Positions 8,742-15,487 of a stretch of DNA of 15,487 nucleotides are shown one piece after another (position 1 is the stretch's first letter; each line of letters begins with the position of its first letter). The DNA comes from an uncultured Thermococci archaeon (GTDB lineage Archaea; Methanobacteriota_B; Thermococci; Thermococcales; Thermococcaceae). The notes under the pieces were generated by a model that saw nothing but the letters and a program-made list of their open reading frames with translations, searched no databases and was not told the origin of the DNA. The stretch lies in NCBI GenBank assembly GCA_964615185.1, contig CAZTOS010000054.1, forward strand, positions 1-15,487, read 5' to 3'. A program made the translations under genes and the position numbers.

Positions 8742-8838
8742 GACCACCACCTGTTGGCAGTTTTTAAAGTCAGAGCCAAATAAAGCTCAAACGGGTTATT
8801 AAAGTACGTCAGACTCATATTTTAGTTAGCTTTTGTTA

Positions 8839-8854
8839 TTTATAAAATTTGTGG
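8839..8854 (-). promoter_or_regulatory. BRE-TATA promoter of the ABC operon
   Basis: Minus strand CCACAAA-TTTTATAAA; would imply a 5' UTR of about 75 nt. Confidence 0.55.
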
Positions 8855-8924
8855 ACTTTAAATGCCAGACAAACTTCATGGGTGTTATATACGTATGCCT
8901 ATTAACTATTGCTAATTTCATAAT

Positions 8925-8941
8925 CGAAAAATATTTAATTA
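8925..8941 (+). promoter_or_regulatory. BRE-TATA promoter of ino1
   Basis: CGAAAAA-TATTTAATTA about 40 nt upstream of ATG 8981; RBS GAGGTGG at 8969-8975. Confidence 0.6.
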
Positions 8942-8980
8942 ATATAAAATAATTAACAGCTAAAAAATGAGGTGGTAGAA

Positions 8981-10132
8981 ATGGTGAAGGTTGTTATACT
9001 TGGTCAGGGATACGTTGGGAGCATATTTGCAATAGGAGTTGAGCGAATCAAAAGAGAAGACCTCGGCTACTACGGAATTCCACTGGCAAATGAGTTACCA
9101 ATAAAAGTGGAAGACATTGAAATTGTTGGTTCTTACGATGTCGACAAGAGCAAGATTGGAAGACCTCTCTACGAAGTTGTCAAGAGATACTGGGAAGATG
9201 AAATCCCAGAGAGCCTCAAGAACGTTGTAGTAAGAAAGGGCATTCACTTGGGAAGCCTTCGCAACCTACCAATTGAGGCTGAAGGCTTAGAGGACAAGAT
9301 GACTCTCAAAGAAGCTGTAGAAAAGATCGTTGAAGAGTGGAAGGAGCTCAGGCCAGATGTCATTGTCAATGTCTGTACAACTGAGGCATTTAAGCCCTTC
9401 AACAACAAAGAAGAGCTAATCAAAGCCATAGAAAATGACAACAGAGAAAGACTAACGGCAACACAAGTTTACGCTTATGCTGCTTCGCTGTATGCAAAAG
9501 AAGTTGGTGGAGCTGCTTTCGTAAATGCAATTCCAACGTTGATAGCAAACGACAATGCATTCCTCGAACTTGCAAAGGAGAGCAACTTAGTCATCTTTGG
9601 AGACGACGGTGCAACCGGTGCAACACCATTGACAGCCGACATCTTGGTTCACTTAGCCCAGAGAAACAGATACGTTAAGGACATAGCTCAGTTCAACATC
9701 GGTGGAAACACTGACTTCTTAGCTTTGACAGACAAAGACAGAAACAAGAGCAAAGAATACACAAAGTCAAGCATTGTAAAGGACATTCTGGGCTATGATG
9801 CACCACACTTCATTAAACCAACTGGATTCCTTGAGCCCCTTGGAGACAAGAAGTTCATCGCAATGCACATCGAGTATGTCAGCTTCAACGGTGCAATAGA
9901 TGAGCTTGTCATAACTGGAAGAATCAATGACAGCCCAGCTTTGGCTGGACTATTGGTTGACCTAGTTAGACTGGGAAAAATTGCCATTGAGAGAAAGGAG
10001 TGGGGAACAGTCTATGAAGTCAACGTATTCTACATGAAGAACCCGGGACCAGCGGAAAAGGGCAACATTCCAAGGATTATCGCTTATGAAAAGATGCGCC
10101 AGTGGGCAGGGCTTAAGCCGAGATGGCTGTGA
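8981..10132 (+). CDS. ino1: myo-Inositol-1-phosphate synthase
   Basis: Rossmann GQGYVG, GDDGATGAT, QFNIGGNTDFLAL, LGDKKF, INDSPALAG and FYMKNP motifs. Intact reading frame; ATG 8981 after a strong RBS. Confidence 0.95.
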   Translation: MVKVVILGQGYVGSIFAIGVERIKREDLGYYGIPLANELPIKVEDIEIVGSYDVDKSKIGRPLYEVVKRYWEDEIPESLKNVVVRKGIHLGSLRNLPIEAEGLEDKMTLKEAVEKIVEEWKELRPDVIVNVCTTEAFKPFNNKEELIKAIENDNRERLTATQVYAYAASLYAKEVGGAAFVNAIPTLIANDNAFLELAKESNLVIFGDDGATGATPLTADILVHLAQRNRYVKDIAQFNIGGNTDFLALTDKDRNKSKEYTKSSIVKDILGYDAPHFIKPTGFLEPLGDKKFIAMHIEYVSFNGAIDELVITGRINDSPALAGLLVDLVRLGKIAIERKEWGTVYEVNVFYMKNPGPAEKGNIPRIIAYEKMRQWAGLKPRWL

Positions 10133-10141
10133 TTTTCCTTT
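10133..10141 (+). terminator. Oligo-T archaeal terminator candidate between convergent ino1 and xpd
   Basis: TTTTCCTTT immediately after the ino1 TGA. Confidence 0.35.
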
Positions 10142-12069
10142 CAAGCCTTCTCTTCCTCCAAATTTCTGTAAAATCTCCGCAGATATAGCTTCATTCTTGG
10201 CAGATTAACGGGTTTCATAGTTTCGTTCATCCAGTCGGGTAAATCTTTTCGTATCGAGCTCCAAAGAACGCGGTAGTCCAGAATAATTATTGCTCCTTTC
10301 TCTTCGGCACTTCTATGAACCCTTCCAGCTGCTTGAACAAGCTTTCTGTGAGCCGGCAGATAATAACCGTAGTATCTTCCCTTTCTTGGGAACTTCTTTT
10401 CAAAATACCTTATCTGGGCTTGAACCCTCGGAGTAGGTCTTGCATATGGAACTCCAACCAGAACAACGCCGTTCATTTCATCCCCCGAATAATCCTGCCC
10501 TTCACTGTTCCTACCACCCATAACCCCCAGCAAAACTCCACCTTCCCTCTTTGCCTCTTCTTTAAATGCTCTAACCAAAATATCGTTCTCCTTAGAGCTT
10601 GCATTCTTCTTCTCAATGAAAACTTTTTTGCCAACTTCTTCTTCAATTCTTAAATGAACGTTGGCAGATAAGAGACCCTGAAGAACTTCATATGAAGCTG
10701 TAAAAACACCAAGGTTCTTGGGAATGAGCTTTGCCGCTTCAACAATGTATTCGGCCATTTTTCTGTATAGCTCCAAGTTTCTCTCTTCTCCCCTTGTCGA
10801 AACGTCCTTAGCGACTAAGACAAGGGCATTCTCTTTCTTGACCATTCTCGGGAACTTTTTAAGCTTTGCATTCTCAATTCCCATAATGTCTTTAAACGCT
10901 TCAAGAGGCGTCAGCGTTCCAGACATAAAAATAGCCGATTGAATATCGTTTATGAAATCCAAGGCTTTAGAAGGGTCTAAGGCAACCAACTCAAGAGAAA
11001 AACCCTTATCCCTGCTCATTATAAAGAGATAATCCTCTCTACCAATTAGGGAGAGCCAGTTCAACAGAAATTCCCCGACTCTTCCAACATAAGAACGCGG
11101 AGGCTTGTTCTTCTCAATTTTGTCTTCCCTAATTGCGTCTCCTACTTCAATCATTTCCCTCAAGATTCTCACCAAAAGCCTCTCGCTGATATTAAGAGTA
11201 TCAAAAACGTGAGCAAATATGCTTTCTGGGAGAATGGGAGCTTCCTCAACTTCCCTATCCTTTAAACGTTCATTATAAAGATTCTCCAGTCCTTTTAAGA
11301 AGATGCTCAAAAAGTTTGCAATCTCATGCTCGTTGTACTCTTCGGCCTCTTTTATCGCCCTGCTTATGCTGTTAAGGGTTACCTTATCGCTTAAAACATC
11401 AATGGCTTGATTTGGTAAGTTGTGAGCTTCATCAAAAATTACTATCAAATCTTCATAATCAACTCCCAAACTCTCAATGAATACATCTCTAATAACTGGA
11501 TTGAGCATGTAGAGGTAGCTCGCAACAATTACATCTGCCTTTTCTCCCACTTTCCTTGTGACTTCATAAGGACAGAGCTCCAAGAGCTGAGAGTACTGGA
11601 GAATCTCAATTGGCTGGGAAGGAGAGTTAAGAAAGTATTCAACAATCTCGTTAAATTCATCTTTCTTTTTCTTAACGTTTTCAAAGTAGTCACACTTGTG
11701 GAGCTTTTTGAGGTTTTTACACACAATCATGGCATTATAAGCATCAAGAGCAAAGTTTTGAATGTAAGAGTGAAGGCAGAGCTCTTTTCTGCTCCTAAAC
11801 TCCACACCGCTGACAGAATTTATTTTATTTATCTCCTTGAGCTCCTCTATAACCCTGTCCATCTGCTTATGTGTTCTTGCTAAGTAAACAACCTTAAAAC
11901 CCATGCTCAAGGCATAAGGTAAAACCCCAGCAAGAACACTTATCGTTTTTCCAAAACCAGTTGGGGCTTCAATTACCAAGTTTTCCCCTTTTCTAACCGC
12001 TTCATCGACTAACCTAATGAATTCCTCTTGATTTGGACGCAGCGATTTATAAGGGAAATAATCAATCAT
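10141..12069 (-). CDS. xpd: XPD/Rad3 family Fe-S ATP-dependent DNA helicase
   Basis: Q motif RPNQ, Walker A APTGFGKT, four Fe-S cysteines (ELC, IVC, HKC, LCPY), DEAH, SGTL, SEGQD and QAAGRVHR; 642 aa. Confidence 0.93.
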   Translation of the reverse strand: MIDYFPYKSLRPNQEEFIRLVDEAVRKGENLVIEAPTGFGKTISVLAGVLPYALSMGFKVVYLARTHKQMDRVIEELKEINKINSVSGVEFRSRKELCLHSYIQNFALDAYNAMIVCKNLKKLHKCDYFENVKKKKDEFNEIVEYFLNSPSQPIEILQYSQLLELCPYEVTRKVGEKADVIVASYLYMLNPVIRDVFIESLGVDYEDLIVIFDEAHNLPNQAIDVLSDKVTLNSISRAIKEAEEYNEHEIANFLSIFLKGLENLYNERLKDREVEEAPILPESIFAHVFDTLNISERLLVRILREMIEVGDAIREDKIEKNKPPRSYVGRVGEFLLNWLSLIGREDYLFIMSRDKGFSLELVALDPSKALDFINDIQSAIFMSGTLTPLEAFKDIMGIENAKLKKFPRMVKKENALVLVAKDVSTRGEERNLELYRKMAEYIVEAAKLIPKNLGVFTASYEVLQGLLSANVHLRIEEEVGKKVFIEKKNASSKENDILVRAFKEEAKREGGVLLGVMGGRNSEGQDYSGDEMNGVVLVGVPYARPTPRVQAQIRYFEKKFPRKGRYYGYYLPAHRKLVQAAGRVHRSAEEKGAIIILDYRVLWSSIRKDLPDWMNETMKPVNLPRMKLYLRRFYRNLEEEKA

Positions 12070-12140
12070 TTTGGCTCATCAAAAAAGTTATTAATGCTTC
12101 TTTTTAACTTTTCTCACAGAGATTAAAAGAGGGGGCTAAA

Positions 12141-12404
12141 ATGGAAGAAAAAGATAAAAAGCTCATTGAAAGCGGCATTGAAGCGTTAATTCTTGGATGG
12201 CTGGCGTATCTGTTCTTTTACCAGAATTTCCTCCTCTATAAGTGGCACCGCGGATTGTCCTTGCCTTCAAAGCTTCCATTCATAGTTGCCGGGATTTTTG
12301 TGGGCTTAGCATACTTCCTCTACAGGTGGGAAAAGATAGAGAAGGAAATCCCCAAAAAAACTCCCGTTCCACAAGAAATTTCGGAAGAAAATCTACAAGA
12401 ATAG
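12141..12404 (+). CDS. Small hypothetical membrane protein (2 TM helices)
   Basis: RBS GAGGGGG before the ATG, two hydrophobic segments and a charged tail; followed by a T-rich tract at about 12421-12432. Confidence 0.8.
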   Translation: MEEKDKKLIESGIEALILGWLAYLFFYQNFLLYKWHRGLSLPSKLPFIVAGIFVGLAYFLYRWEKIEKEIPKKTPVPQEISEENLQE

Positions 12405-12453
12405 AAACAATCAGTTTGACTTTATTTTTGTTCTAGTCTCCCGCTGATACTGC

Positions 12454-13551
12454 TTAGACCCCACCCCGAGACTGAAAGACTCGCTTTATAACAGGGTCAG
12501 AAATTTTGTACTCACCATAGCCAACATGCTCAAGGAAGTTGTAGTCAACGAGTTTTTTGAGGTATCTTTGGATATCTGCCTTGGCTATCTTTGTCCTTTC
12601 TTGCAACTCAAGAGCCTCTTTTATCTCGGTCCACGTGGCAGTTTCTTTTGTGGAAGTTATATTAGCGACGATCTTCAACATTGCTCTGTAACGGGGGCTA
12701 AGCTCGTCCAATTCAGCAAATTCAGCCTCGATGTACCCCGAAGCTTCATTTATGACCTCATTAATTGCATCTTCATGATTGTAACCATCAACACGATATG
12801 CACCATAGTGGGTGAGCCAGCCTGCAACCCCATCAAGACTTTTTATTGCAGATAGCAGTTCCTTTGACGGGATACTCATGCCATACTCTTTAAACCCTTG
12901 CTCGAGGAACTCAAGGCTCTCTGACGGGTTGAAACGGTTGAGCTTTATTCGAACATGATACCGACCGTAAAGGAGTGCTTTGTAGTCATACAAACGGAGA
13001 AACTTCTCAAGGACACCAACCTGCGAGCCAGTAAGGATAAGTACGACATTCTTCAGTGTGTCATAAATCCACGCGAGGATTTTGGTAAAGTCGTCATTCG
13101 CAAAGCGGAGGTACTGCACCTCATCAAAAGCAAGAATAAGCAGTTCGTTAGATTCATTAAGATCTTGAAGAACCTGGGGTAATGTAGGCTTTTCATCTCT
13201 TAATCTAACACCAAAACCTGAGAGGGATACACCTTCTATCTTTGAGACTATCCCCCTAATCTTACTCTCTCTGTTTACGGCGTTGACTATCTCCCTTGCG
13301 ATGATATCGTGAGGTGCTTTCGCGTTTACGTTGAAAACAGCACGAGCATCGATAACAATGTATGGTATTGAGTAATCTTTATGGAGCTCATTGAGTGAGG
13401 CGTAAAGGAAAGTTGTTTTGCCTATCCTTCTCGGTCCAGTAATAATGAAAAGTTTGCGATTGTTCTCTATCTTATCAACAAGTTCAAGATATTCTGCCTT
13501 CCGTCCAAAAACTTCGTCCATCGATGTTTTAGGATAGGTATCAAAGAGCAT
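12454..13551 (-). CDS. Archaeal P-loop ATPase (ATPase_2/AP-ATPase type) with probable C-terminal winged-helix domain
   Basis: N-terminal FGRxxE, Walker A GPRRIGKT, Walker B LAFDEVQ, LTGS, LYGR and GxxGWL motifs. wHTH-like C-terminus WTEIK...YLKKLVDYNFL...YKISDP. Confidence 0.88.
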   Translation of the reverse strand: MLFDTYPKTSMDEVFGRKAEYLELVDKIENNRKLFIITGPRRIGKTTFLYASLNELHKDYSIPYIVIDARAVFNVNAKAPHDIIAREIVNAVNRESKIRGIVSKIEGVSLSGFGVRLRDEKPTLPQVLQDLNESNELLILAFDEVQYLRFANDDFTKILAWIYDTLKNVVLILTGSQVGVLEKFLRLYDYKALLYGRYHVRIKLNRFNPSESLEFLEQGFKEYGMSIPSKELLSAIKSLDGVAGWLTHYGAYRVDGYNHEDAINEVINEASGYIEAEFAELDELSPRYRAMLKIVANITSTKETATWTEIKEALELQERTKIAKADIQRYLKKLVDYNFLEHVGYGEYKISDPVIKRVFQSRGGV

Positions 13552-13587
13552 TTTTGGACACCCCTAACTATTAGGGACTACCTTTAC

Positions 13588-13603
13588 ATATTTAAAACTT
13601 TCG
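13588..13603 (-). promoter_or_regulatory. BRE-TATA promoter of the ATPase gene
   Basis: Minus strand CGAAAG-TTTTAAATA about 38 nt upstream of ATG 13551. Confidence 0.6.
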
Positions 13604-13658
13604 AGAACTAAACCATGCTGACAAATAATCTCCAAGTTTAAAAAATATTATGAGAAAA

Positions 13659-14720
<1,062 letters not shown>

Positions 14721-14752
14721 TTAGATGTCCATCTTAATGCTCTCAGCGAAGA

Positions 14753-14767
14753 TATTTAAGGTTTTAG
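14753..14767 (-). promoter_or_regulatory. BRE-TATA promoter of the aminopeptidase gene
   Basis: Minus strand CTAAAAC-CTTAAATA about 48 nt upstream of ATG 14705. Confidence 0.5.
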
Positions 14768-14815
14768 GTCATCAGCGTCAATAAAGCTTTATAATTTAAG
14801 CTCAAAGGTTAAAAT

Positions 14816-15214
14816 ATGGACAAGAGAGAACTGTTTGGTGCGTTTTTATTAACCATCTGGGTTCCTATGAATGCCAAGCTTTTACTGTTTTGTAGTGAGA
14901 GGATAAAGAGTTCCATCATATTTGTAAGCTTTTCAATCTTCTGGATTGTTGTGTTGACATTTCTTGCTGGATTATTTGCATTGAAGTTCCTTAGACTTCG
15001 TTATTCTACATATTTCAAGACTATAGCGTTATCAGCTTTGATATTTGCAGGATATACAGCAAGAAACACGATACTTAACAAAGAGCTTGTAAAACACGAT
15101 TTTGATGACACTCTTGGAGCTTTCTTTGAAGGTTTACTGTTTTGTGGGCTCTACTTGATAATACTCCTCGGAAGCTGGATGCTTTATGCAACAAAATTTG
15201 AAGAAAGAGGATAG
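14816..15214 (+). CDS. Hypothetical membrane protein (about 4 TM helices), probably leaderless
   Basis: 132-aa hydrophobic ORF filling the gap between genes. TTTATAAT at 14788-14795 ends 20 nt before the ATG and there is no clear RBS. Confidence 0.72.
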   Translation: MDKRELFGAFLLTIWVPMNAKLLLFCSERIKSSIIFVSFSIFWIVVLTFLAGLFALKFLRLRYSTYFKTIALSALIFAGYTARNTILNKELVKHDFDDTLGAFFEGLLFCGLYLIILLGSWMLYATKFEERG

Positions 15215-15216
15215 AA

Positions 15217-15487
15217 TCAGTGAAGAACTCTTGAAGCAAGGTTCAAAACTGCATTTACGTAGCTATTGTAGTCTATTGTCTGTGTCGCTGCAGGGGTTAT
15301 GAGCTTATCTATGACGACTGGTGCTGTTAATCCGATTGTTAAGCATGTTAATGCTAATAATAGGCAGATTAGGCTCATACTGAGTGGTTCTTTGGTTTTT
15401 AAGCCTTCTTTAGGTTTCCCAAGCCAGATGATGTAAAACACGCGCATGTAAGCAATCAAGGCAATCACTGAACTAACAACAAGAACT
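15217..15487 (-). CDS. C-terminal part of a proton-conducting membrane subunit (MrpD/MnhD, NuoL-M-N-like antiporter family), partial
   Basis: Frame is open to the window end: ...VVSSVIALIAYMRVFYIIWLGKP...KEPLSM...LLALTCLTIGLTAP. This matches the S-x5-6-YxR helix, EP-x-M and GxxP pattern of MrpD-type C-termini. Confidence 0.75.
   Translation of the reverse strand, partial: VLVVSSVIALIAYMRVFYIIWLGKPKEGLKTKEPLSMSLICLLLALTCLTIGLTAPVVIDKLITPAATQTIDYNSYVNAVLNLASRVLH

Noticed and set aside
8821..8843. Full Phr heat-shock operator in the ABC/ino1 intergenic region
   Set aside because: Only 7 of 10 recalled consensus positions match, the conserved C is missing and the DNA is AT-rich. The N4-spaced palindrome describes the site better.
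12405..13658. Mobile-element boundaries (TIR/TSD) around the ATPase gene
   Set aside because: Only matches of 5-7 nt between the flanks, and no transposase or integrase in the window.
14743..14775. C/D-box sRNA-like TGATGA...CTGA on the minus strand upstream of the aminopeptidase
   Set aside because: Only 22 nt between the boxes, no D'/C' boxes, the C box lacks the leading purine, and the interval is the aminopeptidase BRE-TATA.

Overview
Archaeal genomic window, most likely Thermococcales (GGTGA/GAGGTG RBSs, BRE-TATA promoters, TET2/FrvX, XPD, Mrp-type subunit). In order: partial DUF72 gene, vapBC-type toxin-antitoxin pair, Dph6/TIGR00289 ATP-pyrophosphatase, and an inositol-centred cluster (1867-10132). 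That cluster holds a frameshifted bifunctional IPCT/DIPPS (di-myo-inositol-phosphate synthesis) pseudogene and an oppositely oriented CUT1-type ABC importer operon. The operon ends in a frameshift-split secreted beta-rich glycoprotein gene and is divergent from an intact myo-inositol-1-phosphate synthase. Next come an XPD helicase, a small membrane protein, an archaeal ATPase-wHTH gene with atypical Arg codon use, the TET aminopeptidase, a membrane protein and the 3' end of an MrpD-like subunit. The best candidate for an undescribed system is a putative inositol/inositol-phosphate/DIP importer that shares a divergent promoter with ino1. That promoter carries two copies of a TTARC-N4-GYTAA palindrome in repressor-like and activator-like positions, in a locus where DIP synthesis appears to have decayed.
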